From positions 1-29,322 of the forward strand of contig CAXHJY010000972.1 of NCBI GenBank assembly GCA_964016885.1: a stretch of DNA of 29,322 bases, given 5' to 3'. Both the position numbers and the translations under genes were made by a program. Below are positions 17,099 to 27,662 of the stretch, in pieces; position 1 is the stretch's first letter; every line of letters starts with the position of its first letter. The notes under the pieces were generated by a model. The model ran no database searches. It was not told where the DNA came from and was given only the letters and a program-made list of their open reading frames with translations. This DNA comes from Eledone cirrhosa. Taxonomy: Eukaryota.

Positions 17099-17430
17099 GT
17101 TGGTGCTACTGGTAACATGTATGCCAGTACAACCTGTCTCATGGTCGGGTGTTGGCGACTAAACTGGCAACCCCACCAAGGTTTCTTGGTGAGGAGGGTG
17201 ACTTTGGACATCCTGCAGGACTAAAAACAAAACCCGTCAAAGGGCAAAGGAGCTCTTAAGAGTGAATGGCCATTCAAAATCACCGGGAGAGATGACCCCT
17301 TAGCCTTTGTCAAGGCAGAATTCTAGGAGAAGGAAAACTCTGATATAACACCTGCAACTCTGATGGTATCCAATGATGTTGACTGGTTCTTCTTTTTGGT
17401 AAATATCATCTTGGGTAAGAGAGTGGGACT
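17099..17430 (+). mobile_element. Bipartite RTE-derived element, copy 3 (3'-truncated)
   Basis: Aligns to the 5' half of 11938-12543. It lacks the first ~12 nt and ends at gagtgggact, directly into (AT)n. Confidence 0.72.
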
Positions 17431-17443
17431 ATATATATACACA

Positions 17444-17489
<46 letters not shown>

Positions 17490-17510
17490 TATATATACAT
17501 ATATATATAT

Positions 17511-17559
<49 letters not shown>

Positions 17560-17838
17560 TATATATATATATATTTTGTTTCTGATGGCATAGGACAGAA
17601 GAAAGGAGAGGCACAAAAACAAAGAAAAGAATCCCGTCACTGAAGAGGTCACAGAATGTGTGACGAAAGAACTTTGACAATATATGAACAATTGTCTGGT
17701 TGTGGAACCAACAAACCAACCGGAAATTTATAAATTCCTAAATTTATAAATTGAATTTATAATAAATTCAATTTATGAAAGCAACTGGTGCGTGTGTTTC
17801 TTATTGACAACATGACCCTCCCAAAGCATAACAATATA

Positions 17839-17894
<56 letters not shown>

Positions 17895-18045
17895 CATATA
17901 TATATATACATATATATATATACATATATATATATACATATATATATATACATATATATATATACATATATATATATACATATATATATATACATATATA
18001 TATATACATATATATATATACATATATATATATACATATATATAC

Positions 18046-18081
<36 letters not shown>

Positions 18082-18084
18082 TTA

Positions 18085-18391
18085 TGCAATCGAAAGGTTG
18101 TGAGTTCAATTCTCAGACCAGGTGATGTGTTGTTTCCTTGAGCAAGACACTTTATTTCACATTGCTCCAGTTTACTCAGCTGTAGAAATGAGATGACCCC
18201 AGTCCCCATCATTCCACTGCAAAGTGGTCGTGGAGGTGCCACGGCAAAAAAGCACCCAGCACTCACTGTAAATGAGGTTGGTGTTAGGAAGGGCATCCAG
18301 CTGTAGAAATCAAGCCAGAATCAGTTCCCGTCCCACCCTTGCAAGCAGGGAAAAGCGGACGTAAAATGATGACGATGACGACGATGATGAT
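18085..18391 (+). mobile_element. tRNA-derived SINE (5'-clipped) with RTE-type 3' tail
   Basis: B-box gagttcaattctc, CORE-like ccttgagcaagacactttatttcac, the motif gttaggaagggcatccagctgtagaaa shared with the RTE 3'UTR at 19782-19827, and an end of ggacgtaaaa(tga)n. Confidence 0.8.
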
Positions 18392-18409
18392 ACATATATA
18401 TATATATAC

Positions 18410-18456
<47 letters not shown>

Positions 18457-18457
18457 C

Positions 18458-18564
<107 letters not shown>

Positions 18565-18647
18565 TACATATATATATACATATATACATACATATATATA
18601 TACATATATACATATATATATACATATATATATATATACATATATAC

Positions 18648-18680
<33 letters not shown>

Positions 18681-18705
18681 CACATATATACATATATATA
18701 TATAC

Positions 18706-18802
<97 letters not shown>

Positions 18803-18803
18803 C

Positions 18804-18908
<105 letters not shown>

Positions 18909-18909
18909 C

Positions 18910-18940
<31 letters not shown>

Positions 18941-19005
18941 CATATATATATACATATATATATATATATACATATATATATACATATATATATATATACA
19001 TATAC

Positions 19006-19944
19006 AGCAGTGGGGGAGGGTGCTCTGAAAGTACTGTAGCTAGAGTCAGAACTGGTTGTAAAAAGTTCAGAGAGCTTATACCACTATTAGCTGCTAAAGG
19101 GTTCTCCCTAAAAATGAAAGGCAGGTTGTACGATGCCTGCATACGAACAGCAATGCTGCATGGCAGTGAGACCTGGGCATTGTGTGCAGAGGATATACGC
19201 AGACTAGAGAGGAACGAAGCTTGCATGCTCCGCTGGATGTGTAACAGTAATATACGTGAACGGCAAAGCATAAACGAACTAAGGAAAAAATTAGAGATAA
19301 GAGGGATCAGATGTTGTTTACTCGAGAGAAGGCTACGTTGGTATGGACACGTGATGCGCATGAAAGTCGATAGCTGTATAACAAAGTGCAGGGCAATAAA
19401 GATAGACGGTAGTCACGGAATAGGCAGACCTAGAAAAACCTGGGACGAGCTGATAAACTCCGACATCACACACTTACACCTCTCCAAGACAATGTCACTG
19501 GACCGAGACCTTTGGCGGTACTCAGTAACAGAGAAGACCCGCCTTACCTAAATATATAGTAAAACCTACTCCAGCCAGTAGGCATCTCTAACAAAATACA
19601 CCCCGTCCCACCCCCACCACCCCCACCCCATCCACACCACCCCGTTCTATGTAAAGTTATGTTGGTGCCGCGCCATCGAGGCCGAAACAAATGAGATCGT
19701 GTAGGTGTCACGACAAAAAAACACACAGTCCACGCTGTAATGTGGCCGTGTAGGCAACACGGTAAAAACCTCCCAGACCCACACTGTAAATGTGGTTGGT
19801 GTTAGGAAGGGCATCCAACTGTAGAAAACCTGCCAGACAGTCCTATGCGAGCAAGACAATCACTCTTGCCTCAAGTGGGACTACCCCCGTCCAAACCCAT
19901 GCAAGCGTGGAACACGGACGTTAAACGTTGATGATGATGATGAT
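19006..19944 (+). mobile_element. 5'-truncated RTE-clade LINE: ORF C-terminus (19006-19551), 3'UTR and (TGA)n tail
   Basis: An open 181-codon frame reads [17 protein letters not shown]...[20 protein letters not shown]...MLRWM...[11 protein letters not shown]...GRPRKTW...DRDLWR...KTRLT*, all hallmark RTE post-RT motifs. The 3'UTR ends ggacgttaaacgt(tga)5. Confidence 0.92.
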
Positions 19945-20000
19945 ATATATACATATATATATATATACATATATATATACATACATATATATATACATAC

Positions 20001-20091
<91 letters not shown>

Positions 20092-20092
20092 C

Positions 20093-20215
<123 letters not shown>

Positions 20216-20242
20216 CATATATACATATATACATATATATAT

Positions 20243-20500
<258 letters not shown>

Positions 20501-20530
20501 ATACATATACATATATATATATACATTTAC

Positions 20531-20592
<62 letters not shown>

Positions 20593-20861
20593 AAACAAAT
20601 AACGAAACGAAATTAAATTTTGTTTCATTTGTAACTCACTTTTGTATGACTGACGCTTAAACAATTAAGTTAAAGATGTACATCCATATATGTATACTGA
20701 AATACTAGTATGTATATGAATACACACACGTATACATATGTAGATGTACCAAGTTTTTTCACTGGTCACTTTACTGTGAGTGGCCAGCTATTCTGTATGT
20801 AAACACACAGACAAACCGGTTTTTAGAGTCATACTGGTTTTTGAGGAAACACCTTTCCTCT

Positions 20862-20957
20862 ATTCTCCAGAAAGCCAGACAAGGAATATTGAACTAGTTT
20901 CGTTGTTGTTACAACTCATCAGCAATATTTACCTATCTTCCGGCCTCTCTAGAGAAT
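20862..20957 (-). ncRNA. Type I hammerhead ribozyme with extended stem I, copy 1 (core 20885-20929)
   Basis: Minus strand reads AAUAUUG-CUGAUGA-GUUGU(AACA)ACAAC-GAAA-C(UA)G-UU^CAAUAUU. All conserved core nucleotides are present, with stem I 7 bp, stem II 5 bp and a short palindromic stem III (ACUAGU). Predicted cleavage is between 20892 and 20891. Confidence 0.88.
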
Positions 20958-21328
20958 CGTAAAAGCACATATCGTTATATGCTTTTTCTATGAAAATTAG
21001 TAGTGGGCATACCAATTTGCATAGAGTGTGAGTAAGTACCGGTTCAACGGAGACGATAAAAACAAATAACGAAACGAAATTAAATTTTGTTTCATTTGTA
21101 ACTCACTTTTGTATGACTGACGCTTAAACAATTAAGTTAAAGATGTACATCCATATATGTATACTGAAATACTAGTATGTATATGAATACACACACGTAT
21201 ACATATGTAGATGTACCAAGTTTTTTCACTGGTCACTTTACTGTGAGTGGCCAGCTATTCTGTATGTAAACACACAGACAAACTGGTTTTTAGAGTCATA
21301 CTGGTTTTTGAGGAAACACCTTTCCTCT

Positions 21329-21424
21329 ATTCTCCAGAAAGCCAGACAAGGAATATTGAACTAGTTTCGTTGTTGTTACAACTCATCAGCAATATTTACC
21401 TATCTTCCGGCCTCTCTAGAGAAT
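21329..21424 (-). ncRNA. Type I hammerhead ribozyme, copy 2 (core 21352-21396)
   Basis: Identical to copy 1 at offset 467. Confidence 0.88.
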
Positions 21425-21570
21425 CGTAAAAGCACATATCGTTATATGCTTTTTCTATGAAAATTAGTAGTGGGCATACCAATTTGCATAGAGTGTGAGT
21501 AAGTACCGGTTCAACGGAGACGATAAAAACAAATAACGAAACGAAATTAAATTTTGTTTCATTTGTAACG

Positions 21571-21666
21571 ATTCTCTAGAGAGGCCGGAAGATAGGTAAA
21601 TATTGCTGATGAGTTGTAACAACAACGAAACTAGTTCAATATTCCTTGTCTGGCTTTCTGGAGAAT
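21571..21666 (+). ncRNA. Type I hammerhead ribozyme, copy 3 in the inverted unit (core 21599-21643)
   Basis: aatattg 21599-21605, ctgatga 21606-21612, gttgt/acaac stem II, gaaa 21627-21630, c-ta-g, tt, caatatt 21637-21643. Predicted cleavage at 21636/21637. Confidence 0.88.
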
Positions 21667-21866
21667 AGAGGAAAGGTGTTTCCTCAAAAACCAGTATGAC
21701 TCTAAAAACCGGTTTGTCTGTGTGTTTACATACAGAATAGCTGGCCACTCACAGTAAAGTGACCAGTGAAAAAACTTGGTACATCTACATATGTATACGT
21801 GTGTGTATTCATATACATACTAGTATTTCAGTATACATATATGGATGTACATCTTTAACTTAATTG

Positions 21867-21919
<53 letters not shown>

Positions 21920-21963
21920 ATACATATATATATATACATATACATATATATATATACATATAC

Positions 21964-22032
<69 letters not shown>

Positions 22033-22057
22033 CATATATATATACACATATATATAC

Positions 22058-22182
<125 letters not shown>

Positions 22183-22195
22183 TATATATATATAT

Positions 22196-22236
<41 letters not shown>

Positions 22237-22291
22237 CGTGGTGTATAGTTGTTTTAATATCGATGTCATTTGATTGTCTGTGTTGTTTTAG

Positions 22292-22476
22292 CACCACAAC
22301 CAACGAATTGTGGTGTAATTAGGTTTAAGCACCCCATGTCATATTTTGAGAGAATTTTTGGACAATCACCAACTGATGTCCTGGAGTCAGCATATCTCTT
22401 ACTTTATGAAATCATGTCAGATGATGACGTGTTACACTTGTGTAACTATTGTCCAACACCTCTGAAATGTACATAA
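22292..22476 (+). CDS. Weak candidate terminal coding exon; peptide contains SAYLLLYE, resembling the last motif of USP/C19 deubiquitinases
   Basis: Acceptor-like tgtgttgttttag ends at 22291. The open frame reads PQPTN...[29 protein letters not shown]...KCT*. Support is a single short motif only. Confidence 0.22.
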
Positions 22477-22546
22477 CAGTCATTATTTAAGAAATTGAAG
22501 TATGAAAATGTAAAATTGTGTCTTCATATTTATTAACCTATATACA

Positions 22547-22580
<34 letters not shown>

Positions 22581-22684
22581 AAGGAAGTTTAGAATAGAAC
22601 TAGAAGCTTCACTGTAACATTGACTAAATAATAGTCTAAAAATGGGATGTATAAACCCACTGAATGGGAAAAGATGGGTGTATT

Positions 22685-22716
<32 letters not shown>

Positions 22717-22908
22717 GACCAGCCATTCTGTTGTTACGATATTTGTTTTGTCTACCATCTTGTCACATGTGGTTGTGTTTCCTTTTAATTGTATTTGTTG
22801 CCAATTTTGCTATGCACACACACATATATAAATTCTCACCGACATATCCATGCTATATATATATAGAGAGAGAGATATATAGATATATATAAAAGTACAG
22901 ATAACTAA

Positions 22909-22997
22909 TCTTGCCTCAAGTGGGAAAATTCCCGTCCAAACCCATGCTAGCATGGAAGATGGACGTTAAACGATGATGATGATGATGATGATGATGA
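22909..22997 (+). mobile_element. Isolated RTE/SINE 3'-tail fragment with (GAT)n
   Basis: tcttgcctcaagtggga...cccgtccaaacccatgc...ggacgttaaacgatgatgat aligns to the RTE end at about 19865-19944. Confidence 0.8.
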
Positions 22998-23231
22998 CAT
23001 CTCTGTAGTGACTTCCCTTTATGTATGCACAAAGATATACGAAATAAAATTTGCAACAGATTATGCTCGAATGCAAACTCATGTCATTTTCCAATTTCTC
23101 TTTTACACAAAGTTGCTCACTTGGAGAAATTTATATCTTTGTGTAACATTTTTTTCTATCTATATTTCTGTATACTCACTCTTATTGTATTATAAATAGG
23201 TGGGGGGGAACAAACAAACATGCATGAATAT

Positions 23232-23590
23232 GAAGGTTCGATTCCTGAACTGCGTTGTGCATTATGTTCTTGAGCAAAACACTTCATTTCACGTTGTTCC
23301 AGTATACTCAGCTGAAAATGAGTACCAACAGTAGCTGGGGATTTAACCCTGCAGTGGACTGGTGTCCTGTCCAAGGGGAGGGAGTATTTTAATCTCAGTC
23401 ACTTCATGCCACAGAAACTATGTTAGGTACCGGCCTGATGGGCCTTTATGCTCAAGACAGACTTTAACTCTGTGATGGACTGGTGTCCTGTCTAGGTGGG
23501 GAGTCTTATACTCTGTTGTTTCATGCCACGGGAACTGGGATAAGTACTGGCCTGATGAATCTCTGGGCTCAAGACAGACCTTTAGACTTT
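23232..23590 (+). mobile_element. tRNA-derived SINE with CORE-like segment and a duplicated 3' module
   Basis: B-box ggttcgattcc, then ttgagcaaaacacttcatttcac as in 18085-18391. Two diverged copies of tggactggtgtcctgtc...ttcatgccac...ggcctgatg...gctcaagacagac follow (about 23343-23465 and 23464-23590). Confidence 0.75.
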
Positions 23591-23630
23591 TAAAAAGATA
23601 TCCTCGAACCAGAGACTTGATCCGAATAAC

Positions 23631-26038
23631 TGCTATGTCACCAAGGAGTTGAGGTGGTAATGTTGAACCAACTAACAACAACAGTTGTGCTATGTCACCA
23701 AGGAGTCGAGGTGGTAATGTTGAACCAACTAACAACAACAGTTGTGCTATGTCACCAAGGAGTCGAGGTGGTGGTGTTGAACCAACTAACAACAACAGTT
23801 GTGCTGTGTCACCAAGGAGTCGAGGTGGTAATGTTGAACCAACTAACAACAACAGTTGTGCTATGTCACCAAGGAGTCGAGGTGGTAATGTTGAACCAAC
23901 TAACAACAACAGTTGTGCTATGTCACCAAGGAGTCGAGGTGGTAATGTTGAACCAACTAACAACAACAGTTGTGCTATGTCACCAGGGAGTCGAGGTGGT
24001 AATGTTCAACCAACTAACAACAACAGTTGTGCTATGTCACCAAGGAGTCGAGGTGGTAATGTTGAACCAACTAACAACAACAGTTGTGCTATGTCACCAA
24101 GGAGTTAAGGTGGTGGTGTTGAACCAACTAACAACAACAGTTGTGCTATGTCACCAAGGAGTCGAGGTGGTAATGTTGAACCAACTAACAGCAGTTGTGC
24201 TGTGTCACCAAGGAGTCGAGGTGGTGGTGTTCAACCAACCAACTAACAACAACAGTTGTGCTATGTCACCAAGGAGTTAAGGTGGTGGTGTTGAACCAAC
24301 TAACAACAACAGTTGTGCTATGTCACCAAGGAGTCGAGGTGGTGGTGTTCAACCAACTAACAACAACAGTTGTGCTATGTCACCAAGGAGTTAAGGTGGT
24401 GGTGTTGAACCAACTAACAACAACAGTTGTGCTGTGTCACCAAGGAGTTAAGGTGGTGGTGTTCAACCAACTAACAACAACAGTTGTGCTATGTCACCAA
24501 GGAGTCGAGGTGGTAATGTTGAACCAACTAACAACAACAGTTGTGCTATGTCACCAAGGAGTCGAGGTGGTAATGTTGAACCAACTAACAACAACAGTTG
24601 TGCTATGTCACCAAGGAGTCGAGGTGGTGGTGTTGAACCAACTAACAACAACAGTTGTGCTATGTCACCAAGGAGTTAAGGTGGTGGTGTTGAACCAACT
24701 AACAACAACAGTTGTGCTATGTCACCAAGGAGTTAAGGTGGTGGTGTTGAACCAACTAACAACAACAGTTGTGCTATGTCACCAAGGAGTTAAGGTGGTG
24801 GTGTTCAACCAACTAACAACAACAGTTGTGCTATGTCACCAAGGAGTCGAGGTGGTGGTGTTCAACCAACCAACTAACAACAACAGTTGTGCTATGTCAC
24901 CAAGGAGTTAAGGTGGTGGTGTTCAACCAACTAACAACAACAGTTGTGCTATGTCACCAAGGAGTCGAGGTGGTGGTGTTCAACCAACCAACTAACAACA
25001 ACAGTTGTGCTATGTCACCAAGGAGTTAAGGTGGTGGTGTTCAACCAACTAACAACAACAGTTGTGCTATGTCACCAAGGAGTCGAGGTGGTGGTGTTCA
25101 ACCAACCAACTAACAACAACAGTTGTGCTATGTCACCAAGGAGTTAAGGTGGTGGTGTTCAACCAACTAACAACAACAGTTGTGCTATGTCACCAAGGAG
25201 TCGAGGTGGTGGTGTTCAACCAACCAACTAACAACAACAGTTGTGCTATGTCACCAAGGAGTTAAGGTGGTGGTGTTCAACCAACTAACAACAGTTGTGC
25301 TATGTCACCAAGGAGTCGAGGTGGTGGTGTTCAACCAACCAACTAACAACAACAGTTGTGCTATGTCACCAAGGAGTTAAGGTGGTGGTGTTCAACCAAC
25401 TAACAACAACAGTTGTGCTATGTCACCAAGGAGTCGAGGTGGTAATGTTGAACCAACTAACAACAACAGTTGTGCTATGTCACCAAGGAGTCGAGGTGGT
25501 GGTGTTGAACCAACTAACAACAACAGTTGTGCTATGTCACCAAGGAGTTAAGGTGGTGGTGTTGAACCAACTAACAACAACAGTTGTGCTATGTCACCAA
25601 GGAGTTAAGGTGGTGGTGTTGAACCAACTAACAACAACAGTTGTGCTATGTCACCAAGGAGTTAAGGTGGTGGTGTTGAACCAACTAACAACAACAGTTG
25701 TGCTATGTCACCAAGGAGTTAAGGTGGTGGTGTTGAACCAACTAACAACAACAGTTGTGCTATGTCACCAAGGAGTTAAGGTGGTGGTGTTGAACCAACT
25801 AACAACAACAGTTGTGCTATGTCACCAAGGAGTTAAGGTGGTGGTGTTCAACCAACTAACAACAACAGTTGTGCTATGTCACCAAGGAGTTAAGGTGGTG
25901 GTGTTGAACCAACTAACAACAACAGTTGTGCTATGTCACCAAGGAGTTAAGGTGGTGGTGTTCAACCAACTAACAACAACAGTTGTGCTATGTCACCAAG
26001 GAGTCGAGGTGTTGTTCAACCGACTAACAACAGCAGTT
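23631..26038. repeat. 57-bp tandem satellite, about 42 copies
   Basis: Unit TGCTATGTCACCAAGGAGT(CG/TA)AGGTGGT(AA/GG)TGTT(G/C)AACCAACTAACAACAACAGTTG, with 54- and 61-bp length variants and no unique spacers. Confidence 0.97.
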
Positions 26039-26603
26039 ATTTAACCACAGAATTGTTTTATTATATTTTCTTCAACATTTATGTAATGAATATGATTTAC
26101 AAAAGAAACGATTCACTAGAAATTAATGAGTAAACAACTAGAGGAGACATGTACACTCAATTACTTATAGACCCGTTGCTAGGTTTCAATGTTTATGGGG
26201 GTGTCTTAGGAATTTATGGATGACACTAATTCCCTGGGGAATATTTTGACCAGCTTTCGTTTAACCTTTTTGTCTGTAGACTTTTTTTTTTAAAGATACA
26301 TATAAAGGTGAGTATTCTATATGGTTACTGAACCTGTTAGAAATAGCAGCCAAATCATACTCTAATGTCTTAAAGAGACACTGAATAATGTAGTCATAGA
26401 TAAATGGTTAAAAACAACAGCGTGGTCATGGTGAGAATGATTGATTCTAGATATTCCCAAAACAACAAGGGGGTCATGTCCAGAATGATTGATCCAAGCT
26501 ACTCCAGCCATGCCAGTCCAATCATGCAATCACCTTCAGATGTAAACAAATTGTATTAACATAAATGGCTCTCTGATTTATTACTTCTACGTGACCAGTC
26601 GGT

Positions 26604-26709
26604 CACACACACACACACACATCACACATCACATAGACACACACACACGCATAGAGATACACACACACACACATGCACACATGCATACACATAGATACAC
26701 ATACACACA
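26604..26709. repeat. Degenerate (CA)n microsatellite
   Basis: CA runs interrupted by TA/GA units. Confidence 0.85.
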
Positions 26710-26806
26710 GGAGAAATATTCTAAATGAGGTCCATTCATGAGGTTGATGGAGAGATTGTTTAGGGGACCCCCAGAGAAATCCTCCATTCATTTTAGGTTG
26801 TGGTAA

Positions 26807-27040
26807 TTCTTCTTTTTGTTTTTCTTCGCCCACTTATTCCTGAGAGGGTTGTGGGGACAGAGTCCTCAAACACTTCCTCCAGTGGGTCCTGTCAGAAGCA
26901 ACTGTCTCCAACTGACCCGTCTGCATCCCCAAGCGTGACCAGCCAAGCTCATGGTTGTTATCCAACCATCTTGCTCAGGATCTACCCCTGAGTCTCCTAC
27001 CTGTTGGTTTCCCCTGTAAAATCCGCTCTGGTAATTGACT
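26807..27040 (-). mobile_element. Decayed Rex3/Expander-like RTE LINE 3' end
   Basis: 27040-26834 reads SQLPERILQGKPTGRRLRGRS*ARWLDNNHELGWSRLGMQTGQLETVASDRTHWRKCLRTLSPQPSQE* with one internal stop, followed by a short gaagaa-rich tail. Confidence 0.78.
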
Positions 27041-27060
27041 GAACTTACCTATAAGCTAAA

Positions 27061-27262
27061 TACGAGGGGCAGTAGAAAAGTTCATACACTGACCAAGATA
27101 TTCTCATGGAATGTCCAAATGAGGTTTATTTTTCAACATAGTCTCTGGAAAGAAACAATGCAGTTAATAAGAAGAAGAGTTGAAATTAATGCATACAAGA
27201 TTTCACAGCTCTAGCATCAATCCTTCCTAGTCAGCCTATGAACTTTTAAGCTGACCCCCATA
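27061..27262. mobile_element. Tc1/mariner-type MITE remnant
   Basis: 33-bp imperfect inverted ends including the terminal TA: tacgaggggcagtagaaaagttcatacactgac (27061-27093) versus 27230-27262, 25/33 matches. Confidence 0.72.
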
Positions 27263-27324
27263 AGCTATAGCTTAGAGCCACATACCCTTGGGGGGCCTAA
27301 TTTTTTAAAATATATCTTTTTATG

Positions 27325-27425
27325 AAGGTATGTGGTTAGAGAATTTGATTTGCAATGATGAAGTTGCCAGTTCGATTCCTGGACCAGGCGTCCTTCAGCA
27401 AGATATTTTGTTTCATATTGCTCTT
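27325..27425 (+). mobile_element. Degraded tRNA-SINE head
   Basis: A-box-like gtggttaga, B-box agttcgattcc, then gtccttcagcaagatattttgtttcatattgctc, similar to the other two SINEs. Confidence 0.55.
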
Positions 27426-27609
27426 TCTGCTAGGAGTTGCAACTGGTAGATAGTATCAGCAATTGAAAGACCAATGAAAACATCGTTTCCCTGGTCAGAT
27501 TTGACAAGCTCCACCCCAATCGATATGTGAACGAGGTCTGAGTTCTTGTCCGTTGATTATCCCTATATTTTTATTTAATTAGTTTTTAGTCTTTAACACT
27601 AAATCTTCA

Positions 27610-27613
<4 letters not shown>

Positions 27614-27662
<49 letters not shown>

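Larger units (their letters stand above)
20589..21867. mobile_element. Hammerhead-containing 467-bp repeat (retrozyme / Penelope pseudo-LTR-like): two tandem units, a partial third and an inverted partial copy
   Basis: Units 20589-21055 and 21056-21522 differ by one substitution that I could see. The partial unit is 21523-21569 and the inverted copy is 21568-21867. (TA)n flanks both sides and there is no credible ORF. Confidence 0.8.

Noticed and set aside
18100-18115. tRNA gene suggested by B-box hairpins (also 23235-23245 and about 27368-27379)
   Set aside because: No cloverleaf or acceptor stem; each is followed by SINE body sequence.
20780-21748. Repeated 60-94 aa ORFs (MASYSVCKHTDK...) in the 467-bp unit
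   Set aside because: GTG starts, antisense to the ribozyme, and no recognisable motif such as GIY-YIG or RT.
23430-23580. CTGATG(G/A) motifs as further hammerheads
   Set aside because: No GAAA after a stem II and no stem III or cleavage triplet; they belong to the SINE tail.
23631-26038. CRISPR array or repetitive protein (MSPRSRGGNVEPTNNNSC repeats)
   Set aside because: No unique spacers and no cas genes. TAA-creating and frameshifting 61-bp variants spread freely, so there is no coding constraint.
26328-26520. Possible dispersed repeat (gaaatagcagccaaat; ggtcatg...agaatgattgat twice)
   Set aside because: It looks repeat-like, but no termini or family could be defined from the window alone.
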